Shown here: positions 46,810 through 57,039 of the stretch, piece by piece
How positions within the stretch are numbered: the stretch's first letter is position 1
Layout: each line of letters starts with the position of its first letter
Assembly (NCBI GenBank): GCA_965279525.1
Contig: CBDIIB010000005.1
Coordinates: forward strand, 768,001 to 832,000
Origin: Tagaea sp.
GTDB taxonomy: Bacteria > Pseudomonadota > Alphaproteobacteria > CACIAM-22H2
DNA length: 64,000 bases
Reading direction: 5' to 3'
The notes under the pieces: model-generated
Databases searched by the model: none
What the model was told of the DNA's origin: nothing
Seen by the model: the letters and a program-made list of their open reading frames with translations, nothing else
Translations under genes and position numbers: made by a program

Positions 46810-48120
46810 ATGGCCAAACCCCGGAAAAGCGCACGCCCACTAGCCGTGGCATCGGCCCGCGCGGTCGCCCGCGACCTGTTGGATCTGGTGCTCCAGAAAT
46901 ACCGCACGCTCGACGAGGCGGCCGGACTGGTGCGCGATTTCACCATCCTGGCACCGCGCGACCGCGCGTTCGCCCGTCTGCTGGCCGCAAGCGTGCTGCG
47001 CCGGCGCGGCAGCCTCGACGCCGTGCTCGCCAAGTGCCTCGCCAAGGGTGCTCCGCCCCAGCCGGTCGAGACGATCCTGCGGCTGGGGGCAGCCCAGCTG
47101 CTGCTGCTCGACACGCCCGACCATGCCGCGGTCGGCGAAAGCGTGGCGCTGTGCGCCCGGCGCGACGAGAAGCTCAAGGGCCTCGTCAACGCCGTGCTGC
47201 GCCGCGTCGCGCGCGACGGCAAGGCGATGCTGGCCGAGCTTGACGCCGCGCGCCTCGATACCCCGCCGTGGCTCTGGCACGTGCTGTCGACGGCACATGG
47301 CGAGGCAGTCGCCCGCGCGGTTGCCGCAATCCACGCGAGCGAGCCGCCGCTCGACCTGTCGGTCAAGACGGATGGCGCGGGCTGGGCCGAAAAGCTCGGC
47401 GCCGTCCTGCTGCCCAACGGCTCGCTGCGCCTTGCCGACGGCGGCGGGGTTACCGACCTGCCCGGCTTCGCCGAAGGCGCCTGGTGGGTGCAGGATGCCG
47501 CCGCCGCTATGCCAGCGCGCCTGCTTGGCGACGTTTCGGGCAAGGACGTGCTCGATCTTTGTGCGGCACCGGGCGGCAAGACGCTGCAGCTCGCCGCCGC
47601 CGGCGCGCGGGTCGTCGCCGTCGACCAGTCGGCCGGCAGGCTGGGCCGGCTGCGCGAGAACCTGGCGCGAACGGGCCTGACGGCGACATGCGTCGCCGCG
47701 GACGTCGGCGCGTGGAAGCCGGGCGCACCGGTCGGACACGTGCTCCTCGACGCGCCGTGCACCGCCAGCGGCACGCTGCGCCGGAATCCCGAGATCGCGT
47801 ATCTCAAATCGCCGGCCGATGCCGACAAGCTCGTCGGCGCGCAGGACCGCCTGCTCGACGCCGCCGCCACGATGACCGCACCGGGCGGCACGCTTGTCTA
47901 CGCCGTGTGTTCGCTCGATCCGCGCGAAGGGCGCAGCCGCGTCGCCGCGTTCCTCGCCCGCAACAAGGCGTTCGTCCGCCGGCGCGTCGATCCGGCGGAG
48001 ATCGGCGGCGACGCCGCGCTCGTTTCCGCCGACGGCGATCTCGTCACGCTGCCGTGCAACTGGGCCGATCGCGGCGGCATGGACGGGTTCTACGCCGCAC
48101 GACTGGTGAGGCAGGCTTGA
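46810..48120 (+). CDS. rsmB: 16S rRNA m5C methyltransferase (RsmB/Sun)
   Basis: NusB-like N-terminus, WVQD, DLCAAPGGKT, DAPCTASGT.RRNP, YAVCS. Confidence 0.92.
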   Translation: MAKPRKSARPLAVASARAVARDLLDLVLQKYRTLDEAAGLVRDFTILAPRDRAFARLLAASVLRRRGSLDAVLAKCLAKGAPPQPVETILRLGAAQLLLLDTPDHAAVGESVALCARRDEKLKGLVNAVLRRVARDGKAMLAELDAARLDTPPWLWHVLSTAHGEAVARAVAAIHASEPPLDLSVKTDGAGWAEKLGAVLLPNGSLRLADGGGVTDLPGFAEGAWWVQDAAAAMPARLLGDVSGKDVLDLCAAPGGKTLQLAAAGARVVAVDQSAGRLGRLRENLARTGLTATCVAADVGAWKPGAPVGHVLLDAPCTASGTLRRNPEIAYLKSPADADKLVGAQDRLLDAAATMTAPGGTLVYAVCSLDPREGRSRVAAFLARNKAFVRRRVDPAEIGGDAALVSADGDLVTLPCNWADRGGMDGFYAARLVRQA

Positions 48121-48153
48121 GCGCGTCGCGAGTCGTGCGTTAGGATTCCGCAC

Positions 48154-49185
48154 ATGGACAGTTCATTCGCGGGCAAGCGCGTGCTGCTGACCGGGCACAC
48201 CGGCTTCAAGGGCGCATGGCTCCTCGTCTGGCTCGAGATGCTCGGCGCCAAGGTGTGCGGCGTCTCGCTCGAGCCGCCGACGTCGCCGTCGCTGTTCGCG
48301 CTCGTCGACGGCGCGAAGCTATGCGCACGCCACGAGATCTGCGACATCCGCGATGCGACGCGCCTCGCGAAGATCGTCGCCGAGTTCGCGCCGCAGATCG
48401 TGATCCACATGGCGGCACAGGCACTCGTCCTGCCCTCGCTCGCGGATCCCGTCGACACGTTCTCGACGAACGTGACCGGGACCGCGGGCGTGCTCGACGC
48501 CTGCCGCAAGGCGGCGAGCGTTGCGCGCATCCTCGTCGTCACCAGCGACAAGGTCTACGCCAACGACGGCGGCGGACGGGCCTTCGTCGAAAGCGACCGC
48601 CTCGGCGGCCACGACCCCTATTCGGCGAGCAAGGCGGCGACCGAGCTTGTCGTCGACAGTTTCCGGGCAAGCTATTTCACCGGCAAGGTGCCGGTGGCGA
48701 CCGCGCGCGCCGGCAACGTTTTCGGCGGCGGCGATTGGGCAGCGCACCGCGTCGTGCCCGATGCGGTGCGTGCACTCGAAGCCGGCAAGCCGCTGGTGCT
48801 GCGCCGGCCCAATGCGGTGCGGCCGTGGCAGCACGTGCTCGATCCGCTGGCCGGCTATCTGGCGCTTGCCGCCCGGCCGATCGACGATGCGTTCAATTTC
48901 GGACCCGAAGCGGCCGAAAAGCGCACCGTCGCCGAACTGGTCGACGCGTTCGGCAGCCACTTCGCCGGCAAGCCCGGCTGGACCCTTGAGAATGCCGAGA
49001 TCCCGGCGGAAGCGCCCTACCTGACGCTGTCGTCCGCGCGCGCGCGCGACCAGCTGGGCTGGACGACGAAACTCGGCTTCGCGCCTGCCGTCGCATGGAC
49101 GGCCGCGTGGTACGCCGAATGGCGCAAGGGCGGCGACATGGCCGCCATCACGCGCCGGCAGATCGAGGATTATCTCAAGCTTTAG
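48154..49185 (+). CDS. rfbG: CDP-glucose 4,6-dehydratase
   Basis: TGHTGFKGAW, AAQALV, TSDKVY, DPYSASK, RAGNV.GGGD, RPWQHVL. Confidence 0.92.
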   Translation: MDSSFAGKRVLLTGHTGFKGAWLLVWLEMLGAKVCGVSLEPPTSPSLFALVDGAKLCARHEICDIRDATRLAKIVAEFAPQIVIHMAAQALVLPSLADPVDTFSTNVTGTAGVLDACRKAASVARILVVTSDKVYANDGGGRAFVESDRLGGHDPYSASKAATELVVDSFRASYFTGKVPVATARAGNVFGGGDWAAHRVVPDAVRALEAGKPLVLRRPNAVRPWQHVLDPLAGYLALAARPIDDAFNFGPEAAEKRTVAELVDAFGSHFAGKPGWTLENAEIPAEAPYLTLSSARARDQLGWTTKLGFAPAVAWTAAWYAEWRKGGDMAAITRRQIEDYLKL

Positions 49186-50167
49186 GCGCGTGGCGCGTCT
49201 GGTGCCAGGCCCATGCGTCCGCGACGATGGTGTCGAGCGCCGACGATTTTGCCTGCCAGCCAAGTTCGCGCGCGGCGGCCGACGGATCGGCCACCAGGGC
49301 CGGACTGTCGCCTGCCCGGCGCGCGCCGAACGCGTGCGGCACCGGTTTGCCCGCGATGCGGCCGACCGTTTCGACGACCTGGCGCACGGAATAGCCGTTG
49401 CCCGTGCCGAGATTGAACGGTGCGCCGATCCCGCCGGCGAGTGCCCGGCGGATCCCCAGCACGTGTGCCGCTCCGAGATCGGCGGCATGGATATAGTCGC
49501 GCAACGCCGTGCCGTCAGGTGTCGGGTAGTCGTCGCCGAAGATCGTCAGCGCCGGGCGCGTCCCCATCGCCGCATGGCAGGCGAGCGGGATGAGATGGCT
49601 TTCCGGCGAATGGTCCTCGCCGATGCCGTCGGCCCACGCGGCACCGGCGGCGTTGAAATATCGGAACGCGATCCACGCGAGGCCGCGCGCGCGCGACTCC
49701 GCGGCAAGGATCTGCTCGACCGCGAGTTTCGTCTCGCCGTAAGGATTTGTCGGCCGCTTGGGATGGCTTTCGGCCATCGGCACGCTTTCAGGCTCGCCAT
49801 AGACCGCGGCGGTCGACGAGAAGACGAACGCGCCGACATTCGCCGCGCGCAGCCGGTCGAGCAGGACGAGCGTGCCCGTGACGTTATTCTGCCAGAAGCG
49901 CACCGGTTCGCGAACCGACAGGCCGACCTCGATCGAGCCGGCCAGATGGACGCACGCGGTGACGCCATGCGCCGAAATCGCCGCGTCGAGTGCCGCCGCG
50001 TCCCCGATCTTCGCGTGGACGAACGGACCCCATTTCACGAAGTCGCGATGCCCGGCACTGAGATCGTCATATGCGACCGGGACGAAGCCGTCGGCCGCGA
50101 GCGCGCGGCAGACATGGGAGCCGACATAGCCCGCACCGCCCGTGACGAGGATCGAATTTCCGCTCAC
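49175..50167 (-). CDS. galE: UDP-glucose 4-epimerase
   Basis: GGAGYVGSH, FSSTAAVYG, YGETK, RYFNAAGA, DGTALRDYIH. Confidence 0.92.
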   Translation of the reverse strand: MSGNSILVTGGAGYVGSHVCRALAADGFVPVAYDDLSAGHRDFVKWGPFVHAKIGDAAALDAAISAHGVTACVHLAGSIEVGLSVREPVRFWQNNVTGTLVLLDRLRAANVGAFVFSSTAAVYGEPESVPMAESHPKRPTNPYGETKLAVEQILAAESRARGLAWIAFRYFNAAGAAWADGIGEDHSPESHLIPLACHAAMGTRPALTIFGDDYPTPDGTALRDYIHAADLGAAHVLGIRRALAGGIGAPFNLGTGNGYSVRQVVETVGRIAGKPVPHAFGARRAGDSPALVADPSAAARELGWQAKSSALDTIVADAWAWHQTRHAPKA

Positions 50168-51800
50168 CGTTCCATCACCCGCTTGAATGCCCATTTGACC
50201 GACACGCCGCGCGCGTCGGCGGTACCGACGGCGACGATCTGGTCGCTGCGGCGTGCCGTCCCGCGTGCGGCAAACGAAACGCTTTCTCCCAATTCGAGGG
50301 AGGCACCGGCGGCCTGCAGGCGCCACGCCTGGCCGCTCGGCGTGCGCAGCAGGGCCGCTGCCCCGTTCTGGACGATCGATGCCTGCAGTTCGGGCGCCAG
50401 ATGGAATCGCACCGCGAAGCGGGCACTCGCCGAGACCCGCGCACCCTCGACGGGAACGAGCGAGTCCTCGCCGCGCACGTCGCGACCGTCGTTCGCCACG
50501 AAGATCCGGCGGACATGGAGGAATCCGAAATCGCGCACGTATCCGTCGTGCTTCATTTCGAGCCAGATGTTGCCGTCGACCTCGTCGCGTTGGCCCGTCA
50601 CATGCGGGACGCGCCGGGTCAGTCCGCCGGGAATGGGCTCGCTCGAGCTCGTATCCTCGAGCGTCAGCGTGGAGTGTGCCGGCGTGGCGCGCAATGCGAG
50701 CGACCAGTCGGAATTGTCGCCGGGACCTGCACCGCAATTGGCGACGATGCGGTCGCGTCCGCTCGACATCTCGAAGGCGAGGGCGCCGGCGTGGGCGAAC
50801 GCGTCGAAGCCGGGGCCGGGGGGCGCGCCGCAATCGGCGATCAGCAGCAGCCTGTCCACGGCCACGCGCTCGAAGCCGGCGGCACGTGCACTCGACGGCG
50901 CCGCATCGGCCGAACCCGCGCGCGCGAGGACGGCATCGATCCGGCGCGGATCGCCGGCGTTGGTATTCTCGAAAAGCGCGAATCCGCCGTCGCCGTGGCG
51001 GAAGAACCGCACGGCAGGGACAAGCGCGTCGATGGCGGCGTTCAGGTCGGCAGGCGCGCCGACATCGCAGATCTCGAGCGCGCCGCGCGCCGCGGTCAGC
51101 AGTGCCAGCGCTTCGAACTGGGCGCCGCCGCCCCGCGCCGCGTGGAATCCGTCGTCGAGAAGCTGGCGGCGCGCTTCGCTTCCCCAGACGCTGGGCGGTC
51201 GCGGCGATCCCGCGACCGGATACGAGGCCGCATGCCTGCGCGTGGACAAGCCCGCATAGGGCGACGAGCCGCTGCATGCCGAAAGGCGCCGACTGTCGCG
51301 GCGCGCACGAGATGACGTGCCTGGCGTGCGGCCGATTCGAGGAACAGCGGTCCGAAATGGTCGCCCTCGCCGCGCGACAGGAACGGCGCATGCGTCAGCC
51401 ACGCGGTGAGGCGTCGTCCGGTCAACGCCGGCTCCCAGGCGCCGCGCCGCCAGCCGGGGTTCGCCACGATCCAGTCCTCGACCAGTATCCGTGCGCGCGA
51501 CTGCGCGGCTTCGGTTCCGCACGCGGCGAGGTCGTCGAGCCATTCGAACGAATTGAGCTCGTCGAATGCGGCGTCGGAGATTCCGGTGGCGAACCAGTCG
51601 ACCCTTTCGGCCGGCAGGGCGCGCCCGGCGCACACCAGCTTGCCGCCGACGATGGCTTCGCCCCGCGCCGCCGAGCCGGCGAGCGGGCCCGGAACCAGGC
51701 GCGCGAGGCGCCGCGGCGCGCGCCCTTTCAGAAGCAACCCGTAGAACGGCGTCGCGTGCCAGAAATCTGACCAGCGCGAGCGCCCCTTGCGCTTGCCCAT
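50164..51800 (-). pseudogene. Heparinase II/III-like protein with two apparent frameshifts
   Basis: Homology runs through three frames (breaks near 51290 and 51182): F.WLDDL, RHGDGG..LF, HAGALAFE, NCGA, TPAHST, HDGY, RFHL; may be an assembly error. Confidence 0.75.
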
Positions 51801-51803
51801 CGA

Positions 51804-52480
51804 CTAGACCTCGCGCAGCGCGCGCAGATTGGCCTCGTAGCGCGAGCGCCCGCCTGCGAACGCGGCCGTTCCGGCGACGAGAACGTCGGCGCCGGCCGCG
51901 CGGACGCGCCGGGCGATTTCCGGATTGATGCCGCCGTCGACCTCGAGATCGATGCGCCGGTCGCTGCCGGCGCAAAGCAGGTCGATGCGCGCGCGGAGTG
52001 CGGCGATCTTCTCGATGGCGCCGGGAATGAAGCCCTGCCCGCCGAAGCCCGGATTGACCGACATCACGAGAACGAGATCGACGTCCGCCAGCAGCGGAAA
52101 CACGGATTCGACCGGCGTGCCGGGATTGATCGCGAGCCCGGCGCGCTTGCCGAGACCGCGCACGAGCTGCAGCGTCCGGTGGATGTGGGGTCCCGCCTCG
52201 GGATGCACGGTGATGATGTCGGCACCCGCTTCGGCGAACGCCGCGACGTAGGGATCGACCGGCGAAATCATCAGATGCACGTCGAACGGCCGGTCGGTAT
52301 GCGGGCACGCAATGCCCGGACCACGGCCGGCCCGATCGTGAGGTTGGGAACGAAATGCCCGTCCATGACATCGACATGGATGTAATCGGCACCCGCCGCC
52401 GTGATCGCCCGGACCTCGTTACCGAGATCGGCGAAATCGGCCGCGAGAATTGACGGCGAAAGTCGGAGGGGCAGCTGCAA
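51804..52480 (-). pseudogene. rpe: Ribulose-phosphate 3-epimerase with one apparent frameshift
   Basis: [20 protein letters not shown] in one frame; DVHLM, MSVNPGFGGQ, VDGG in another; break near 52300-52308; may be an assembly error. Confidence 0.85.
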
Positions 52481-52675
52481 TTCGCAAAGGTCCGGCAGGT
52501 CGTGTGACTTGAAGCGTCCATATAGCAGGTTGGTTCCAGCGGATGAATGCCCGTGGAACCGGCCGCAAGGCATTTATCAGATGGCTTTCCGGCGGACCGT
52601 CGGTATAATGAGCCGAATATTCTGCTAAGTACCTGAAAATCCTTAGAAAATTCGAGATTTCAGACACGCCGACCG

Positions 52676-54868
52676 ATGCCGACATCACCGATCATCAGGG
52701 TATTTCGTGCTGTCTTGGGCATCGTCGCGGTCGTGCTGGCTGCGAGCCTGGCAGAACCCGTCCGGGCGCAGCCCAAAGCCGCGCTGCCGTCGATGATTTC
52801 GGCGGACGAAGTCACTTCCGACGAAGAGTTCGGCATCGTGACCGCGAGCGGCAATGTCGAGGTCACGCAAGGCGAGCAGCTGCTTAAGGCGGACACGCTT
52901 TCCTACAATCAAAAGTCCGGCATCATCACGGCATCGGGGAATGTCAGCCTCGTCGATGCCGACGGCGCGGTCATCTTCGCGGATTTCATCGAGCTTACCG
53001 GCGATTTCCGCGAAGGCATGATCCAGAATTTCCGCGCACTGATGGCGGACCAGTCGCGCTTCGCGTCCGTGACGGCGAAGCGGTCCGACGGCACGCGCAC
53101 GGTCATGCGGCGCGCGACATACAGCCCTTGCCAGCCCTGCGCCGACAATCCCACGCGCGCACCGGTCTGGCAGATCCGCGCGGAGCGGATCACGCACGAC
53201 CAGACCGCGAAAGACGTCACCTACAAGAACGCCTGGATCGAGTTCGGCGGCGTCCCCGTCGCCTTCACGCCCTACATGTCGCATCCCGACGGCACGGAAA
53301 ATCGCCGGTCGGGCTTCCTGATGCCCGACTTCGGTTCGTCGTCGCAGGTCGGAACGATGGTCGGCGTGCCGTACTATTGGGTGATCGGGCCGTCGGCCGA
53401 CGCGACGGTCACGCCGATTGCCCTTTCGAACGACCTTCCGATGCTGGCCGCCGAGTATCGCGAGCGCGCCCGCAACGGCCAGGTCGAGTACCGCGGCGCC
53501 TTCATGAAGACGCGGCGCGAAGGCGAAGGTTTCGGCGATCATCGCGGCTACTTCAGCGGACGCGGCAACTTCGACATCGACAACGACTGGCGCTGGGGCT
53601 TCGATGGCTCACGCGCGACGGACAAGACGTTCATCGACCGCTACCGCATGCGCCAGCGTTTCGCCTTCCTCGACCAGAACGTGCTCGAGAGCCGTCTCTA
53701 CACCGAAGGCTTCCGCGACCGCGGCTATGCCGCAATGAACGCCTTCAGCTACCAGGGCCTTCGGCCGGAAGACAGCACGTCGACCGCACCGCTCGTCCTG
53801 CCCGCCGCGGAATACAGCTGGTACGGCCAGCCGGGAACCTCCGGCGGACGCTTCGCCTTCGAGGCGAACTCGGCGTCGATCTACCGCAGCCAAGGGCTAC
53901 GCGCGCAGCGCGGCTCGATGGTCGCCAGCTGGCTCCTGCCCTACACGACGAACAGCGGCGAGGTCTATTCGCTCGGTGCCTCGCTGCAGGGCGATCTGTT
54001 CCACACGAGCCGGATCGCGTCGACGACGCGCGAATTCCGCCCCGAGGAAGACGGCGTCAATACGCGCGTGATGCCGGAAATTTCGCTCGGCTGGCGCTAT
54101 CCGCTCGTCCGGCCGTTGGCGTCGGGCCGCCTGCTCGTCGAGCCCGTCGCGGCGATCTATGCCGCCCCGAATCTCGGCAACCAGGCATACCTGCCCAACG
54201 AGGACAGCCTCGGCTTCACGTTCGACGATACGAACCTTTTCCGGCGCAACCGGTTCTCCGGGTTCGATCGCCTCGAAAGCGGGGTCCGGACGGTCTATGG
54301 CGCCAACACGGAATATTCGAACGTGCGCGGCCAGCGCTATTCGGTCTTCCTCGGCCAGCAGTTCCGTTCGCGGACGGAAGCCGCCGCGAGTGCGGGTTCG
54401 GGGATCGACACGCGGTTTTCGGATTTCGTCGGCCGCGTCCAGGCAATTCCGCACGCGTGGGTTACAGCGACGTATCGTTTCCAGGTCGACAGCGCCAGTC
54501 GCGAACTTCTCCGGTCGGTCAGCTCGATGTCGCTCGGGCCAGCGCCGCTACGCTATTCGCTCTCGCACGTGCGGATCGACCGCGCCCTTCAGCCGACGGC
54601 CCAGGCATCGATCAACCAGCTCGGCCATTCGGTAACGGCCGTGCTCTCGGAGTTCTGGCGCGTCCAGGGCCGCGTCATCCAGCAGCTCGGCGCGGATGAC
54701 GGCGTCCTGGTGGCGGGCGGAACACTCATCTACGAAGACGACTGCTTCGTGTGGGGACTCGACCTGACGCGGCGCAACATCGGCCGGGCCGAAATTCCGC
54801 CGGATACAGCGCTGCTGTTCCGGATCGCGCTCCGGAATCTCGGCGAGCTTTCGCTCCGCGGATTCTGA
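52676..54868 (+). CDS. lptD: LPS-assembly outer membrane protein LptD
   Basis: Signal peptide, OstA-like ASGNV repeats, YSPCQPC, P.WQI.A, RRSGFLMP, PNEDS, NRFSGFDR, EDDCF, C-terminal Phe. Confidence 0.9.
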   Translation: MPTSPIIRVFRAVLGIVAVVLAASLAEPVRAQPKAALPSMISADEVTSDEEFGIVTASGNVEVTQGEQLLKADTLSYNQKSGIITASGNVSLVDADGAVIFADFIELTGDFREGMIQNFRALMADQSRFASVTAKRSDGTRTVMRRATYSPCQPCADNPTRAPVWQIRAERITHDQTAKDVTYKNAWIEFGGVPVAFTPYMSHPDGTENRRSGFLMPDFGSSSQVGTMVGVPYYWVIGPSADATVTPIALSNDLPMLAAEYRERARNGQVEYRGAFMKTRREGEGFGDHRGYFSGRGNFDIDNDWRWGFDGSRATDKTFIDRYRMRQRFAFLDQNVLESRLYTEGFRDRGYAAMNAFSYQGLRPEDSTSTAPLVLPAAEYSWYGQPGTSGGRFAFEANSASIYRSQGLRAQRGSMVASWLLPYTTNSGEVYSLGASLQGDLFHTSRIASTTREFRPEEDGVNTRVMPEISLGWRYPLVRPLASGRLLVEPVAAIYAAPNLGNQAYLPNEDSLGFTFDDTNLFRRNRFSGFDRLESGVRTVYGANTEYSNVRGQRYSVFLGQQFRSRTEAAASAGSGIDTRFSDFVGRVQAIPHAWVTATYRFQVDSASRELLRSVSSMSLGPAPLRYSLSHVRIDRALQPTAQASINQLGHSVTAVLSEFWRVQGRVIQQLGADDGVLVAGGTLIYEDDCFVWGLDLTRRNIGRAEIPPDTALLFRIALRNLGELSLRGF

Positions 54869-54874
54869 CTCGCT

Positions 54875-55389
54875 TCAGCTACCCGACACCGGGCGCTTGA
54901 GCGCCAGGGCAAGCTGGTTGCGGATATCGTCGGCAATGAGCGACAGGACGCGGCTGCGCGCATCCTCGAGGCTTGCCCGGGTCGCGTACTCCGAAACGGT
55001 GATCTCGTAGTCCGTCGTGAACGCGCTCGAACCCGTCGCGATCGAGCGGCCCGGGGGTCGCTCAGGTCGAACGTCGCGACGGCCGAATAGCTGCTCCGGC
55101 TGATCACGTCGTCGCGACGCAGCGCGATCGTCTGGCGCGGCTCCTGAAGACGGATCGTCAGGGCGTACTGTGGAGAGGCTGCAGCACCGCGCGGCGTCAG
55201 GCTGTCGAGCAGCGCGTTGCGCAGGATCTGGCCCGAGCGATCCGGGATCGGAGCGATGCGGATCGCGGCGAGTTCATCGGAGACCGAACTGCTGCCGGAC
55301 TGACGGCCGAGCAGCGGCTGGAATCCGCACCCGACGAGCAGCATCGCGCAGAGGAAGATCGCGGCAAAGCGGCACTGAAAGCTGGACAA
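54875..55389 (-). pseudogene. lptE: LPS-assembly lipoprotein LptE with one apparent homopolymer frameshift
   Basis: RBS GGAG + TTG, lipobox LVGC-GFQPL, DRSGQILRN; frame break in the C/G run at 55050-55057, continuing ATRASLEDA..IADDIRNQLA. Confidence 0.8.
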
Positions 55390-55400
55390 AGCCTGCACTC

Positions 55401-56273
55401 CTAGACGTGGCCGATTCCGGCCTGCATTGCAGTGTCGGCGCGCGACGAGGCGCCGAACCTGTGCAAAGTCAAGAATAGCCGATTGAATGTCGCATCGGGA
55501 AGGGCTGCGGTCGCCAGCAGCAGGACCCAGACGAGCGAAAGCGGATGGGTCGACGGGCGGCCGCGCCATTCCCGCCACAGTCCGGACAGCGCGCGAACGG
55601 AATAGATATCCGCGTGCTTCGCGCGGATGCGCCGCCACAGCGCAGCGTGGCGGCGCTGCGACACGCTCTGAAGCATGCCGGTCGACTGGCGGCGATAGCG
55701 AAACAGGGGCGACTCGACCTGGATACCGCGGACGCCAAGCTTGGAGAGCCGGATGTTGAACTCCCAGTCCTCGTAGCCTTCGCGCATCGCCTCGTCGTAG
55801 CCGCCAGCGCCCTCCCAGACTGCCCGCCGCATCAGCAGGCAGTAGGGCAGCTGGTTCGTCGCAAGCTGCTCGAACAGGTTCCACGTCTTGCGGACGATCC
55901 CGCGCTCGTCGCCGAAGACCTCGATCTGCGCGTAGGCGTAGCCGGCGTCGGGCGACGCCTCGAGGGCGGCGACCGTCCGCGCGAGCATGTCGGGCGCGAT
56001 CTCGTCGTCGGCATCGAGCGGCAATACGTACGTTCCACTTGCGGCCGCAAAACCAGCATTGCGCGCCGACGACAGTCCACCGTTCGACTTGCGCACAAGC
56101 CGCACGTCGTCACCGACGGATTCGAGAAACGCCGAAGTTGCCGGGTCGGTCGAACCGTCATCGACGATGACGATCTCATAGTCGAGGAAGCTTTGCGCGC
56201 GCACACTCGCCAGAACATCGGCGAGATAGCGGTGCGCGTTGTAGCAGGGGATGACGACGCTGATCTTAGGCAT
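55401..56273 (-). CDS. Glycosyltransferase family 2
   Basis: SVVIPCYN, VDDGSTD, SARNAG, LDADD, YEDWE. Confidence 0.92.
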   Translation of the reverse strand: MPKISVVIPCYNAHRYLADVLASVRAQSFLDYEIVIVDDGSTDPATSAFLESVGDDVRLVRKSNGGLSSARNAGFAAASGTYVLPLDADDEIAPDMLARTVAALEASPDAGYAYAQIEVFGDERGIVRKTWNLFEQLATNQLPYCLLMRRAVWEGAGGYDEAMREGYEDWEFNIRLSKLGVRGIQVESPLFRYRRQSTGMLQSVSQRRHAALWRRIRAKHADIYSVRALSGLWREWRGRPSTHPLSLVWVLLLATAALPDATFNRLFLTLHRFGASSRADTAMQAGIGHV

Positions 56274-57039
56274 TTCCTGTACCCGCAATGGGCCTGCACT
56301 GCGCCCAGATCTCGCCCCAGAGCGTCACGCGCTCGACGATCGAAAGACACGCCGCCGCCATTTCCGCGGCGAACTCCGCCTGCGTGTGTTCGATGAAATG
56401 CTCGGGATCCGACATCCAGCTGGCACCGACTTCGCGTCGCATGGCCATCTTCCAGTCCCGTTCGAACAACGGCACGCGAACAAGAATTGTGGACGGCCGC
56501 GCCGTCGCGACGAGTGCCTTGAGGAATCCAATACGATCCTCGATATGCTCAAGCACATTCGACAACACGACGACGTTCCAGGGACCCGCAGGCAACGAGA
56601 CCGTCGCGTTCGCACGGGTAAAGGAGAGATTGGACGGGTTGTCGGCGGCTTGCGCCGCCGCAAGACGACCTTCGTCGAGTTCGACACCCAGGACCGTTGC
56701 CAACGGACGGGCACGCGCGATGGATCGCGCAACAGCACCGTAACCGCAGCCGACATCCAGCACACGCGCGCCGTCGGCGATGCGCTCGACGAAGAAATCG
56801 TGATAGCGCGTAAGACGATGCTTGGGGTGCTCGCCCCGGCCAAGCGCCGTCGCGCGCTCGTTGATGGCGAGATCGAGCGTGTCTTCGATCGCGAAGAGAT
56901 TGCGAAGGCCGGCTTGCGCGCCGCCCGCGCGACCTTCCAGAACGAACAGGCCGAGCGCCGCAGCGCGGCGCAATCGCATGGGCAGCAGCCCCCATATCGC
57001 CGCCACGGGATCCGCCAGTCGGAGCAAGAATGCCTTCAT
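56266..57039 (-). CDS. Class I SAM-dependent methyltransferase
   Basis: VLDVGCGYG, SNVLEHIED. Confidence 0.88.
   Translation of the reverse strand: MKAFLLRLADPVAAIWGLLPMRLRRAAALGLFVLEGRAGGAQAGLRNLFAIEDTLDLAINERATALGRGEHPKHRLTRYHDFFVERIADGARVLDVGCGYGAVARSIARARPLATVLGVELDEGRLAAAQAADNPSNLSFTRANATVSLPAGPWNVVVLSNVLEHIEDRIGFLKALVATARPSTILVRVPLFERDWKMAMRREVGASWMSDPEHFIEHTQAEFAAEMAAACLSIVERVTLWGEIWAQCRPIAGTGNA

Noticed and set aside
49175-52521. 738-aa and 785-aa ORFs as GalE or heparinase fusion proteins
   Set aside because: They arise from frameshifts and overlapping frames; galE starts at 50167 and the heparinase-like gene at 51800.
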